Positions 40,237 through 50,528 of a stretch of DNA of 64,000 nt are shown in pieces. Position 1 is the stretch's first letter; every line of letters starts with the position of its first letter. Source of the stretch: Candidatus Latescibacterota bacterium (GTDB lineage Bacteria; Latescibacterota; UBA2968; GCA-2709665); assembly GCA_965248435.1 (NCBI GenBank), contig OZ252100.1:1-64000 (forward strand), given 5' to 3'. The position numbers and the translations under genes are program-made. The notes below the pieces were generated by a model. It did not search any database. It saw only the letters and a program-made list of their open reading frames with translations, and was not told the origin of the DNA.

Positions 40237-41517
40237 GTGAAGATGAGATTTCGTTCAGGAATGCTTTGCCTTATCTGTGTCCTCAGTGCCTGTTCGTTGG
40301 CGTGGGCGCAGGACCGAGCGATTTTGACGACGACGGATTTCGAGAGTGGGAGTGTCTCCGTTGTGGACTTGCAAACGGACCTGGCGGCCGTGAACCTGCT
40401 GAACATCCACAGCGATGCTGCAGTGCGGACTTACGGGGGATTGGTCTACGTCATCAATCGGTTCGGCGAAGACAATATCCTTGTACTTGATCCCGACGAT
40501 CTCGCGACACCCGTTCTTCAATTTTCGGTGGGAAACGGGACGAATCCACAGGATATCGCATTCCTGAGCCAGACCAGGGCCTACATCGCCAGGCGGGCGT
40601 CCGACCGCCTCCTGATCGTGAACCCTGCGACCGGTGATTCGCTCGGGGGCATCGATCTGTCTTTCGTGGCTGATGCAGATGGATTGCCAGAAATGAAATT
40701 CGTCACGATATTTGGGAGAAGTCTCTACGTGACGTGTCAAAGACTGGATCGAGACAATTTCTCCTCGCCCACCGACCGCAGCGAGGTCGTGGTCGTTGAT
40801 ATGGATACAGATACGGTTATGGATCTGGACCCGGAGCAGGATGGCATTCAGGGAATCGTGCTTCAGGCAAAGAATCCGTTCGGCGGACAGGTTCGTATAG
40901 GGAGGAAGCTTTATCTGTCTTGCGTCGGATCGTTCAGTGATCTGACCGACGGTGGTATAGAGGTGTTGAACCTGGAGGAGAACTTAACAGAAGGAGTCGT
41001 GCTTGGTGAGGATCTGCTCGGGGGAAATGCAGGCTCCATCGCGTTCACTTCCGAGGAGCTTGGATATGTCGTGGTTTCGGATGCCTCATTTGCGAACAGC
41101 GTCAAGGGATTCGACCTGGCCTCAGGGGGAACCGTTTCTGGGACGCTTCCGGGCGGTTCGGGGGGGTTTGTACCTGAAATCGCAGCGTGGAAAGGGCAAC
41201 TCTACGTCGCGGATCAAGGCAGCTTCGGGAGTCCAGGGACGGCAGGACTCCTGATCTACGATGTGTCATCCGAAAGTCTGGTGACTGGGCCGATTTCCAC
41301 CGGGCTTCCTCCGAATTCGATCGCCTTTCTGGAGACACCTTCTACTGCGGATTTCGACGGCAGCGGCGGAGTAGATTTTATGGACTTCCTTTCCTTTGTT
41401 CTGGCTTTCGATTCGACGCAAGGTGACGCCGATTGGGATTCGAGGTTCGACCTGGACGGCGACCTTGAAGTCCGTTTCGGCGACTTTTTGGTATTCGCAA
41501 GATTCTTTGGTCAATAG
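40237..41517 (+). CDS. YncE/BtuG-like beta-propeller with a C-terminal dockerin-like double EF-hand domain
   Basis: YVINRFG.DNI, NPQDIAF and GPISTGLPP. The tail reads DFDGSGGVDFMDF...DLDGDLEVRFGDF. Confidence 0.75.
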   Translation: MKMRFRSGMLCLICVLSACSLAWAQDRAILTTTDFESGSVSVVDLQTDLAAVNLLNIHSDAAVRTYGGLVYVINRFGEDNILVLDPDDLATPVLQFSVGNGTNPQDIAFLSQTRAYIARRASDRLLIVNPATGDSLGGIDLSFVADADGLPEMKFVTIFGRSLYVTCQRLDRDNFSSPTDRSEVVVVDMDTDTVMDLDPEQDGIQGIVLQAKNPFGGQVRIGRKLYLSCVGSFSDLTDGGIEVLNLEENLTEGVVLGEDLLGGNAGSIAFTSEELGYVVVSDASFANSVKGFDLASGGTVSGTLPGGSGGFVPEIAAWKGQLYVADQGSFGSPGTAGLLIYDVSSESLVTGPISTGLPPNSIAFLETPSTADFDGSGGVDFMDFLSFVLAFDSTQGDADWDSRFDLDGDLEVRFGDFLVFARFFGQ

Positions 41518-41532
41518 AAGGTTTCTGCGGAG

Positions 41533-42159
41533 TTGAAAATAGCTATGGGAAAAGGTCGATCCGATGCGTCGAGTGGCCCCCGCGTCATTCCCCCTGCTGA
41601 TAGAAGCGAGAAGCTGCATCGGCTACATGTATATTATGGGTACGGGAAAGGGAAGACGACCTGCTGTATCGGACTTGCGATCCGGGCCTTCGGGGCCGGA
41701 AACCGCGTTGCGCTTGTTCAATTCGACAAGGGCTACGACGGGGAAACAGAACACTATTCTGAGAGGAAGGTCCTTCGTCAACTCGAAGGCCTGGACCTCC
41801 ACCCGACGGGCTGCGAGCGGATGATGCCTGACGGCTCGTTTCGGTTTGGGGCCGAGGAACGGGACATCGAGGAAGCGAAGCGGGGGATGGAGATGGCCGG
41901 GAGGCTGATCGTGGAGGGCAAGCACGACCTGGTTGTCCTGGACGAAATCCTGGCGGCCGTCGCTTACGATCTGGTCGCGGCCGAAGATGTGATGGCTCTT
42001 CTGGACATTTACGATGCCGATCGAAAATCCGAACTCGTTCTATCGGGACACAAGGTCTGGGATGACCTGATAAAGCGCGCGGACCTCGTTACGGAGATGC
42101 GGAAAGTAAAGCACTATTACGCGGAGGGAACGCCTGCCCGGCTGGGGATCGAGTTTTAG
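41533..42159 (+). CDS. cobO: Cob(I)yrinic acid a,c-diamide adenosyltransferase (CobO/BtuR)
   Basis: YYGYGKGKTT, VQFDKG, LVVLDEI, ADLVTEM..VKH, GIEF. Confidence 0.9.
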   Translation: MKIAMGKGRSDASSGPRVIPPADRSEKLHRLHVYYGYGKGKTTCCIGLAIRAFGAGNRVALVQFDKGYDGETEHYSERKVLRQLEGLDLHPTGCERMMPDGSFRFGAEERDIEEAKRGMEMAGRLIVEGKHDLVVLDEILAAVAYDLVAAEDVMALLDIYDADRKSELVLSGHKVWDDLIKRADLVTEMRKVKHYYAEGTPARLGIEF

Positions 42160-42693
42160 ATGGCACACATTGTCCTCGTGACGGGTGGGGGCCGAAGCGG
42201 AAAGAGCAGCTACGCGCAAAAGTTGGCCGAGGCGCTCCCCGGCCAGCGGGCCTTTGTGGCTACCGGCGTCTCCGTGGATTGCGAGATGAAGGACAGGATT
42301 CTGTCACACCAGAGGGCGAGGCAGGATAAGGACTGGGAGACAATAGAGGAGCCGGTAGCGCTCTCTCGGATCCTCGAAGAGTCGAGACACGAAGTCCTGC
42401 TGGTAGACTGCCTGACCCTGTGGATCAACAATCTGATGCACGAAGCAGAGCTAGAAGGGCGACAGATCGAAGAGGCTGATGTGGAGACGTGTTGCGACAA
42501 TCTCCTGAAAGCGGCTTTGGATCGATCCGGGGCTATTATTCTTGTGACCAACGAAGTGGGCATGGGCATCGTACCCGATCATCCATCCGGCAGGAGATAT
42601 CGTGATCTGTTGGGGAGGTGCAACCAGAGGATCGCCCGCCAGGCAGATCGAGTTGTGCTGATGGTCTCCGGGATACCTCTAGATCTGAAATAG
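42160..42693 (+). CDS. cobU: Adenosylcobinamide kinase/phosphate guanylyltransferase
   Basis: [38 protein letters not shown]. Confidence 0.93.
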   Translation: MAHIVLVTGGGRSGKSSYAQKLAEALPGQRAFVATGVSVDCEMKDRILSHQRARQDKDWETIEEPVALSRILEESRHEVLLVDCLTLWINNLMHEAELEGRQIEEADVETCCDNLLKAALDRSGAIILVTNEVGMGIVPDHPSGRRYRDLLGRCNQRIARQADRVVLMVSGIPLDLK

Positions 42694-42702
42694 GGACTGA
42701 GT

Positions 42703-43767
42703 ATGAGGCTCCTTGAATCGACGTTGCAGGCCATACAGGGACAGGACCAGGCGTCCCGGTCAAAGGCCAGGGCGCACCTGAGTCAGCTGACGATGCCACA
42801 TTGGGCCCTGGGCCGCCTGATGGATCTTGCCGAAGACCTCGCTGGAATGACGCGGTCACTGTCTCCGCCAACGGGGAAAAAAGCGATCGTAGTCATGGCG
42901 GGAGACCACGGCGTCGTTGAGGAGGGAGTGAGCGCCTATCCCCAGGAGGTGACCACCCAGATGGTACATAGCTTCATCGAGGGGGGTGCCGCGATCAATG
43001 CCCTGGCCCGGGTCAGCGAGATTCGTCTGATCGTGATGGATATGGGCATTGTCGGGGATCTTCAAGCCGCGGTACGAGCCGGAAAGCTTCAGTCCAGACG
43101 TATCGGGGCAGGCACAAAGAACATAGCGCGCGGGCCGGCGATGCTTAGAGAGGAGGCCGTTCGATCTCTGGAGGCTGGAATAGAGATCGCCAGTCAGCTG
43201 GGAGATTCAGTGGACCTTTTCGGGTCCGGGGATATGGGCATCGGGAATACGACGCCGAGTGCGGCCATAACTGCATCGGTCACGGGGCGGCCCGCAAAAG
43301 AAGTGACCGGCCGGGGCACCGGCGTGGATGACGAGCGGCTGGCGCACAAGGTCGAAGCAGTCGAACGCGCACTGGACCTGAATCGACCCGATCCGAAAGA
43401 CGGACTGGATGTGCTGGCCAAAGTGGGGGGGTTCGAAATTGGTGGAATCGCCGGCCTGATTCTGGGATCTGCTCGGCTGAAAAAGCCGGTCCTGGTCGAT
43501 GGGTTTATTTCGATGGCCGGCGCACTCATCGCGACCCTGCTCGCGCCCGATTCCGTCGACTATCTGATTGCGGCGCACCGGGGCTCGGAGCCCGGGCACG
43601 GTGTGATTCTTGAACACCTCGGTAAACTGCCGCTGCTCGATCTTGAGCTTCGCTTGGGAGAAGGAACCGGGGCGGCGCTGGCGATGCCCCTGGTCGAGGG
43701 GGCCGCCAGACTACTGACGGACGTGCAGACGTTTGATGCGGCCTCAGTATCGAAGGCTAAGGGGTGA
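42703..43767 (+). CDS. cobT: Nicotinate-nucleotide--dimethylbenzimidazole phosphoribosyltransferase
   Basis: AGDHGV, GGAAIN, GDMGIGNTT, GGFEIG, LRLGEGTGA. Confidence 0.94.
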   Translation: MRLLESTLQAIQGQDQASRSKARAHLSQLTMPHWALGRLMDLAEDLAGMTRSLSPPTGKKAIVVMAGDHGVVEEGVSAYPQEVTTQMVHSFIEGGAAINALARVSEIRLIVMDMGIVGDLQAAVRAGKLQSRRIGAGTKNIARGPAMLREEAVRSLEAGIEIASQLGDSVDLFGSGDMGIGNTTPSAAITASVTGRPAKEVTGRGTGVDDERLAHKVEAVERALDLNRPDPKDGLDVLAKVGGFEIGGIAGLILGSARLKKPVLVDGFISMAGALIATLLAPDSVDYLIAAHRGSEPGHGVILEHLGKLPLLDLELRLGEGTGAALAMPLVEGAARLLTDVQTFDAASVSKAKG

Positions 43768-44513
43768 ATCGCCTTTTTGCCGCGATCCGTTTTCTGACGA
43801 TCCTGCCCCTTCCAGGAAGGCGGGGGTGTGAGCTTGAGGACCTGGCCCGGAGCTTGGTCTTTTTCCCCGTCGTTGGGCTTTTTATCGGGGCTCTGGCCGC
43901 CGCCTTCGCGTGGGGTTTGGGCCATCTGCTACCGGACCTGGTTACCGGCGTTTTGACGACGATCCTGCTCATCGGGGTCTCCGGTGGGCTGCATATGGAC
44001 GGCGCGTCTGACACGGCGGACGGATTCTTCAGCGCACGGCCTGAAGAACGTGTCTTGGAGATCATGAGGGACAGCAGAATCGGGGCGATGGGCGCGATTG
44101 CCATCGTCTCTCTTTTTTTACTAAAGGCTTCTGCATTGACCGGACTTTCAAACGAGATCCGCTGGCAGGCGGCGCTACTCATGCCGGTCGCGGGTCGGTG
44201 TGCGCTGGTTGTATCTATGGCAATTCTACCCTATGTGCGTGCGGAGGCCGGGATCGGATCTCCGTTCCATGAGAAGCGGCCACGATTCGCTGCCGCCTGG
44301 AGTCTCTTTCTGATGGGCTTGGTTGGCTGGGTCGTTGCTGAGATATCTGGATTGATCGCTGCTGGCGCCACGCTGGGTGCCATCTTACTCTTTGCCTACT
44401 ATGTCTATCGCAAGATCGGAGGTTCTACAGGTGATACACTTGGCGCGACGTGCGAGATCGTTGAATGCGTTCCGCCGTTGACGCTACTCATTTGGTTGGA
44501 CGTAGCCATATAA
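43764..44513 (+). CDS. cobS: Cobalamin synthase
   Basis: FLTILP, GGLHMDG.SDTADG, MRDSRIGAMG, GG.TGDTLG. Confidence 0.93.
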   Translation: MNRLFAAIRFLTILPLPGRRGCELEDLARSLVFFPVVGLFIGALAAAFAWGLGHLLPDLVTGVLTTILLIGVSGGLHMDGASDTADGFFSARPEERVLEIMRDSRIGAMGAIAIVSLFLLKASALTGLSNEIRWQAALLMPVAGRCALVVSMAILPYVRAEAGIGSPFHEKRPRFAAAWSLFLMGLVGWVVAEISGLIAAGATLGAILLFAYYVYRKIGGSTGDTLGATCEIVECVPPLTLLIWLDVAI

Positions 44514-44661
44514 GAATGTTTCGAAGATTCTCTGACTTGAACTTCCCCGGGCATCCGCTCGGGGAAGTTTTTCGTAAGTTCACTAGGAATGGATTGATTC
44601 CCATCGCCATCACGCCTATCTTGGCGGGGGGAAACGAATTTTCATAGCACGGGAGGCTCAG

Positions 44662-45450
44662 ATGGAGACCCACTTCTTCGCCGGTTTAGATGGTGGCCCG
44701 AGATCCGAGAAGCCCAGGAAAGAGGGGAGGACGATGGTCGTCGACTGGGGTCTAGGACCACACGCCCAGGAGGATCTGGTCGTCACCGGGGGAGGCTATT
44801 TCGACTTTGCAAAAGTCGCCATCGGCTACTCGCGGCTCTACTCGAACGATGTCCTCGGCAATAAGATCAAACACTATCAGGAGCACGGAATCGAGCCCTT
44901 TCCCGGGGGGCAGTACTTCGAGTATGCCGGGGTCGAGGGGAAGTCGGACCTCTATTTGCCGGCAGCGTGCAAGGCAGGCTACCGATGGGTGGAAGTGTCG
45001 GATAATCAGGCCGGTGTTTCGCTGGACTGGAAGCTTCAGATGATTCAATCCGCGAGGGAAGAGTTCGGCCTCTCGGTCCTGGGCGAAGTCGGGCAAAAGG
45101 AGGGCCTCGAGGCCGCCGTCTCTATGGCGGATGACGTGAAGGCCTGTCTGGATGCCGGTTCGGAGATCGTTCTCCTGGAAGCAGCGGAACTGGTGAGTGA
45201 TGACCCCGAGACGAAAAAGGAAGTGGACGAAGTCGTCGCGGTTGTAGAACTGAAACTACTCATGTTCGAGCTGCCCGGTCCGTGGATTCCCGGTACCAAC
45301 CTGCACGACATCCACGCCATGCGCAGGCAGCTCATCGACCGTTATGGTCCGGAGGTCAACCTCGGCAACGTGCTTGCCGACGATCTGATAGACCTGGAGG
45401 CCTACAGACGAGGACTGGGGATCACTGCGGGAAGAAAAGGCGAGGACTGA
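44662..45450 (+). CDS. comA: Phosphosulfolactate synthase family (ComA-like)
   Basis: KPRKEGRTMVVDWG, FDFAK, PGGQYFE, VEVSD, GEVGQK, GPEVNLGNV, LEAYRRGL. Confidence 0.8.
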   Translation: METHFFAGLDGGPRSEKPRKEGRTMVVDWGLGPHAQEDLVVTGGGYFDFAKVAIGYSRLYSNDVLGNKIKHYQEHGIEPFPGGQYFEYAGVEGKSDLYLPAACKAGYRWVEVSDNQAGVSLDWKLQMIQSAREEFGLSVLGEVGQKEGLEAAVSMADDVKACLDAGSEIVLLEAAELVSDDPETKKEVDEVVAVVELKLLMFELPGPWIPGTNLHDIHAMRRQLIDRYGPEVNLGNVLADDLIDLEAYRRGLGITAGRKGED

Positions 45451-45467
45451 TCCGAGGTTCCAAGGCA

Positions 45468-46772
45468 ATGGCTCGAGACGAAAGAAAGGCGATCACCGGC
45501 TGGGCGTTCTACGACTGGGCCAATTCCGGGTTTGCCACAACCGTCGTTGCAGGATTCTTTCCGATCTTCTTCAAACAATTCTGGAGCTCGGGGATCGACA
45601 CAACGCTGAGCACTGCCAGGTTGGGTCTGGCAAATTCGCTGGCGGGCATCGTTGTGGCCTTCTTTGCACCCGTGCTTGGTGCCATCGCAGACCGGGGAAC
45701 CTCCAAGCGGAAATTCCTCCTGTCTTTCGCCTACCTCGGCGCGGCGACGACGGCCTGTCTATATTTCGTCGAGAGGGGCAATTGGCCTTCGGCCGTATTG
45801 GTTTTTGTGATCGCAAGTATCGCCTTCTCAGGCGGAAACATCTTCTACGACGCGCTGATCACGGTCGTTGCGTCTGAAAAGAAACTAGACTTTATATCGT
45901 CGCTCGGATTTTCGCTGGGATACCTCGGAGGCGGGATCCTCTTCGCGGTAAATGTCTGGATGACGCTGCGGCCGGAAACCTTCGGGTTCGCAGATTCTGT
46001 TGAGGCGGTTCGGTTCAGTTTCGTTTCTGTGGGCGTCTGGTGGGCGATTTTTTCCATTCCGCTCATTCTGTTCGTCAGAGAACCGGAATCAGAGAAGGCC
46101 GCACCAGGGTTTAAGGCAATCGGGGAAGGTGTTGCTCAGTTGATGGCGACGTTTAGGGAGATCCGGCACCTCAAACCGATCTGTCTGTTTCTCGCGGCGT
46201 ATTGGCTCTACATAGATGGCGTGGATACGATCATCAGGATGGCCGTGGCCTATGGCATCTCGATCGGGTTCGAGGCGAATGACCTGATCGTGGCTCTGCT
46301 AATCACACAGTTTGTTGGATTTCCGTTCGCGATCGGGTTTGGCCTTCTGGGTAAACGGATCGGAGCCAGACCCGCGATCTTCCTCGCTATCTTTGTCTAC
46401 CTGTTCGTGTCCATTTGGGGCGCTTTCATACAAACCAAAGGTGAATTCTATACGCTGGCTGTGTTGATCGGAATGGTGCAAGGAGGCATTCAGGCACTGA
46501 GTCGGTCCTACTATGCGAAGCTGATCCCGCTGGACAAATCGGCAGAATATTTCGGTTTCTACAACATGATCGGAAAGGTTGCGGCCGTGATCGGTCCCGC
46601 CCTGGTTGCGTCGCTCGGCCTGTTTATCAGGGATATCGGTTACAGCAGCGACGTCGCATCAAGAGCCAGCATCAGTTCGGTCGCGCTGCTGTTCCTGGCG
46701 GGCGGCTGTCTGCTCTACTTCGTGGATGAAGAGAAGGGGAAGAGAGAGGCGGCTTACCTCTCTGGAGAATAG
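45468..46772 (+). CDS. MFS transporter (Atg22/BtlA-like)
   Basis: WAFYDWANS, GGIQALSRS and EYFGFYN, with about 12 TMs. Confidence 0.88.
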   Translation: MARDERKAITGWAFYDWANSGFATTVVAGFFPIFFKQFWSSGIDTTLSTARLGLANSLAGIVVAFFAPVLGAIADRGTSKRKFLLSFAYLGAATTACLYFVERGNWPSAVLVFVIASIAFSGGNIFYDALITVVASEKKLDFISSLGFSLGYLGGGILFAVNVWMTLRPETFGFADSVEAVRFSFVSVGVWWAIFSIPLILFVREPESEKAAPGFKAIGEGVAQLMATFREIRHLKPICLFLAAYWLYIDGVDTIIRMAVAYGISIGFEANDLIVALLITQFVGFPFAIGFGLLGKRIGARPAIFLAIFVYLFVSIWGAFIQTKGEFYTLAVLIGMVQGGIQALSRSYYAKLIPLDKSAEYFGFYNMIGKVAAVIGPALVASLGLFIRDIGYSSDVASRASISSVALLFLAGGCLLYFVDEEKGKREAAYLSGE

Positions 46773-46807
46773 ACGGAAAATCAGTTGCGGATTTCGGAGA
46801 GTTATGA

Positions 46808-47647
46808 TTAACGCGCCAATGACCGAAAGTAGTCCCTGTAGCGAATCGTCTCAGTGAGATTGTCACATTCGTTGCAGCGTTCCCATTCCGTCCAGACGTA
46901 CTCGATTCCGACCCATCCCCTGTAGCCTGTCCTCTGCATGGCCCTGAAGACCCGTTTGTAATCGATGACGTTTCGATCGAAACCTTCCTGCAGTCGGCCC
47001 CTGCGCCCGCCTCTGACGTGAAAGTGGCTGGCGTATTTCATTAGGGGTTCAATCTCGGCATCGGTCAGTCCGATTCGCGTAAAGTGGGTATAGTCTAAAG
47101 TAAGGGTCAAGCCCTGCACCTGTTCGACGAGCTTTGCTGCCCCATTGGGGCGTGGAACGATCGAACCGATGTGGGCCTCGACACCGAAAACGATCTTGTG
47201 CTGCCTCGCTTGTTCAACCCGCCAACTCAGTTCATCGACGGTCCGCGCAAGAGAATCCTTGGGAGACTCCTCCTCGAAACGCATACCCGGTAGACACGTT
47301 ACGTGCTTGCATCCGCATTCGGCCGCGTAGTCCAGCGTCTTGTCGAACCAGTCTCGAGCCTTTCGCCGTCTCAGGGCCAGGGGATGGTTAGCCGCGAATG
47401 GCCCGGGGTTCGCGTCAGCCTGGAGAAAGACATCGGCCGCTTTGAGCCCCAGGCCGTCGAGCTTCTTTTTCAATCGTCTGGCTGATCTGCTCGGGTTCTT
47501 GAACTCAGTCGAGGGCTGGAGGTGCGAGCGGTTTTCGAAGAGCCCGATGTCCACGCCCTTGAATTCCAGCGTTGAGATGAGCTTAAGCACATCGTCGTGC
47601 GGCAGTAGCGGAAAGGTAAAATCGGCGCAGGCGAGTTTGAGTCTCAC
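46808..47647 (-). CDS. Sugar phosphate isomerase/epimerase (xylose-isomerase-like TIM barrel)
   Basis: VEAHIGS, LTLDYTHF, HFHVR and GIEY. The GTG start overlaps the SDR stop codon. Confidence 0.8.
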   Translation of the reverse strand: MRLKLACADFTFPLLPHDDVLKLISTLEFKGVDIGLFENRSHLQPSTEFKNPSRSARRLKKKLDGLGLKAADVFLQADANPGPFAANHPLALRRRKARDWFDKTLDYAAECGCKHVTCLPGMRFEEESPKDSLARTVDELSWRVEQARQHKIVFGVEAHIGSIVPRPNGAAKLVEQVQGLTLTLDYTHFTRIGLTDAEIEPLMKYASHFHVRGGRRGRLQEGFDRNVIDYKRVFRAMQRTGYRGWVGIEYVWTEWERCNECDNLTETIRYRDYFRSLAR

Positions 47648-48453
47648 GAGTCTTCCATAAACTTCGTATGCGAAGTCTCCCATTCAGCGGCGGCCGTATA
47701 CCCGCAGTCGATGACAAGAGAGGTCCCCGTCACGCCAGCAGAGTCCTCGCACGAAAAGTAAAGGATCGACTTCGCGATTTCCCCTGGGCTCAGCGCGACG
47801 CCCATCGGTACCCGACGGAGACGCCCGGAAAGCGTCGCCTCTGGGTCGTCCGTCGTTTCAAGATGTTCCCGCAGCATGGGGGTATCGGTGATTCCCGGAC
47901 AGACACAGTTACAGCGCAGTCCGTCGGCGGCGTAATCCAGCGCGATCGATCTCGTCAGACCGAGGACTGCATACTTGGACGTCGTATAGACCGGCGTCAA
48001 CGCCTGACCGACAAAGCTGCTGATCGAACCGACATTGACCACGTAGCTCCGCGCATTCCTTCTAAAGTGATCTAAGCCGTACTTCGTCGAATAAAAGATC
48101 GATTTGACGTTCACGTTCATCACGCGGTCCCAGTCCTCGTCTGAGTGCTCGTGCAAAGGGTCAACGTGTACGATGCCCGCACAGTTGACGACGATCTGCA
48201 AACCCCCGAAATGCTCGGCTGTCTTGGCGATCGACTCACGAACCTGGGTTTCGCTGGTGACGTCGCATTCGACAGAGACGGCGTCCCCTCCGCTTTCGAT
48301 TATTCCATCAGCGACGTTTCGACCTTTGTCTCCCTGGACATCAACGACGGCGACTTTTGCTCCTTCCTGAGCAAATAGCTGGGCGGTCGCCTCACCCATC
48401 CCTGAGGCACCCCCGGTGATCCACGCCACCTGACCTTCGAGGCGTCCCGGCAT
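47644..48453 (-). CDS. Short-chain dehydrogenase/reductase
   Basis: TGGASGMG, NCAG, YTTSK, PG.TDTPM. Confidence 0.92.
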   Translation of the reverse strand: MPGRLEGQVAWITGGASGMGEATAQLFAQEGAKVAVVDVQGDKGRNVADGIIESGGDAVSVECDVTSETQVRESIAKTAEHFGGLQIVVNCAGIVHVDPLHEHSDEDWDRVMNVNVKSIFYSTKYGLDHFRRNARSYVVNVGSISSFVGQALTPVYTTSKYAVLGLTRSIALDYAADGLRCNCVCPGITDTPMLREHLETTDDPEATLSGRLRRVPMGVALSPGEIAKSILYFSCEDSAGVTGTSLVIDCGYTAAAEWETSHTKFMEDS

Positions 48454-48457
48454 CCGA

Positions 48458-49516
48458 TCATTCCTCCTGTGAAGTCTCGACCGCGATTCGAGCCCACTTA
48501 TCCTGGAAGCATTTACGGTCGAAGACCTCCGGATTCAAGACCCCGTTGGGTCGCTTGCCCTTATACAGATCTACCATTCCCTGGCATACCGCCTTTCCGA
48601 TGTCCCGGACAAGTTCATCTGTCCAAGCGATGGAGTGTGGAGCGAGCAGTACGTTTTCGAGTTGGCCAAACCGGTGAGGAGAGACGATTGGCTCGCCCAC
48701 GAAACAGTCTAGCGCAGCCCCCGCAATCGCCCCTTCTTTCAGTGCGTCGTAAAGGGCATCTTCGTTTACGATGCCCCCGCGTGCAGTATTGAGCAGAAAG
48801 GCGCCAGGTTTCATGAGCGCGAGTTCTGAGGGGCCAATCAGGTCATTCGTCTCCTCATTCAAGGGGCAATGGATAGAAACGAAATCGGCCTGGGCCATCA
48901 GTTCCTTCAAGGGAACCAGCTTGACCCCCAGCCTATCGGCCTCGGAGGGATCCACGTATGGATCGAAGGCGAGCGGCGGCTTCATCCCAAAGACACTCAA
49001 GAGACGAATCGTTTCCCGGGCGATTCCACCGAGCCCTACAGTCCCGAGCGTGCGGTCCCGCAACTCAACACCCATATACCCGGTACGGTCGTCCCATCTG
49101 CCTTCCCGAAGGAGCTGGTCCTTGACGCGAACGTGATGGGCCAACGCGATCATCCATCCAACCGTCGCCTCGGCGACCGGGCGGTCCACGGCGCCTCGTG
49201 TGATAAAGACGACAACATCTGCCGAGGTACAGGCCTGGACATCCACCGCATCGAAACCCACGCCAAACCGGCCCAAAGCAAGCAGGTTCTCGGAGTTGGA
49301 AACGGTATCCCTGTTCACGACCTGACCGTGTACGATCACGCCGTTTGCCTGAAGAATCTGGTCGGGCGTGATGGGACTCCGGTCCTCAGAGAGGGGGAAA
49401 AGCTCGATTTCACGATATTCCCGAAAGATGGAAATGGCCGTATGTTTGAATTTGGACTCTCCTTCATAAAAGTCCGCGGAGACTGCAACTCGGAAGGGCT
49501 TGGAACCTGGCGTCAA
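48458..49516 (-). CDS. D-isomer-specific 2-hydroxyacid dehydrogenase
   Basis: GVGFD.VD, VGLGGIA, NTARGGIVNE, LAPH. Confidence 0.88.
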   Translation of the reverse strand: MTPGSKPFRVAVSADFYEGESKFKHTAISIFREYREIELFPLSEDRSPITPDQILQANGVIVHGQVVNRDTVSNSENLLALGRFGVGFDAVDVQACTSADVVVFITRGAVDRPVAEATVGWMIALAHHVRVKDQLLREGRWDDRTGYMGVELRDRTLGTVGLGGIARETIRLLSVFGMKPPLAFDPYVDPSEADRLGVKLVPLKELMAQADFVSIHCPLNEETNDLIGPSELALMKPGAFLLNTARGGIVNEDALYDALKEGAIAGAALDCFVGEPIVSPHRFGQLENVLLAPHSIAWTDELVRDIGKAVCQGMVDLYKGKRPNGVLNPEVFDRKCFQDKWARIAVETSQEE

Positions 49517-49724
49517 AGCGCTACTCTTTTTCGGGTTGTGCGGTGCAAGCGAACGGGTGGAGATGGAGCTTCACCAGGCAACATCTGGACTAATAGCACA
49601 TTTGTCAAGCGTGTCAGGAATGAGGTGGAATGTCTTGCTTCTTGAACATGGAGCCCTTATTTTGATGCCGAATGTTCCGAATTCTGGTGCTGGGGCAAGC
49701 AAGGTTTGAGGAGATCATCTGGTC

Positions 49725-50505
49725 TTGGGTGGAACGCTATGGACCATAGGAACTGTGGTTGGTATTCTGTCGAGCGTTTCATCCGCATCCTCTCAGGTAA
49801 ATATCGAAAAGTTGAGAAGGGAGGAGGATCAGAGAGGACTGAGCGGGACCGTCGACGTTGATGTCTCAGGGCGATCCGGCAACGTGGATGTGTGGCAAGT
49901 TGCGGTTGGTGGTCGGGTGGATTTCGCCGGGCCGTCGGCCACGACGCTTTTCGTCACTCGAGCGGACTTTGGATGGGAAGATGGCAAACGGTTCTCGAAC
50001 GAGGCGCTACTCCACCTGAGACGTGTTCACCGAAACCGATCCTGGCTTCGACCAGAAGCGTTCGTCCAGATAAACTACGATAAACCACGGCTTCTCACCT
50101 TCCGCGGGCTTCTAGTTTCTAGGGGCTGGTCTCCGTATCGGAATCGCTTCCTCTGAAAATTTCGCGTTCTGGTGGGGTTCAGCCTACATGGTCGAGCACG
50201 AGAGCCTGGAGCTTCCCGAGGGCGCACGTCATTCCAAGCGTGTTTGGGTGCATCGGTGGAGCAATTACCTCTCTTCGCGAGCAGTGTTGAGCGAACGGGC
50301 AACACTGCTCTGGTCAGCCTATCTCCAGCCTCGTATCAACGTATTTGAAGATGTCAGGGCCATAGCCGAACTGGATATTGGCGTAGAATTGACAAGCCGA
50401 TTTTCTTTCGTGGTGAGCTTCCGCACCCGGTACGACAGTCGGCCGCCGGACGACACCGAGTCGACAGACACATCGCTTTCAACGGGAATTTCCGTCGCAT
50501 TCTAG
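49725..50505 (+). pseudogene. DUF481/YdiY-like outer-membrane barrel, frameshifted near 50115
   Basis: Signal peptide then QVNIEKLR, SGNVD and amphipathic strands ending in Phe. The sequence CTTCTAG-TTTCTAG looks like a 7-bp duplication, and removing one copy joins the two ORFs as FRGLLGAGLR. Confidence 0.7.
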
Positions 50506-50528
50506 AAAAGGGGCGTCGAACAGCTTCT

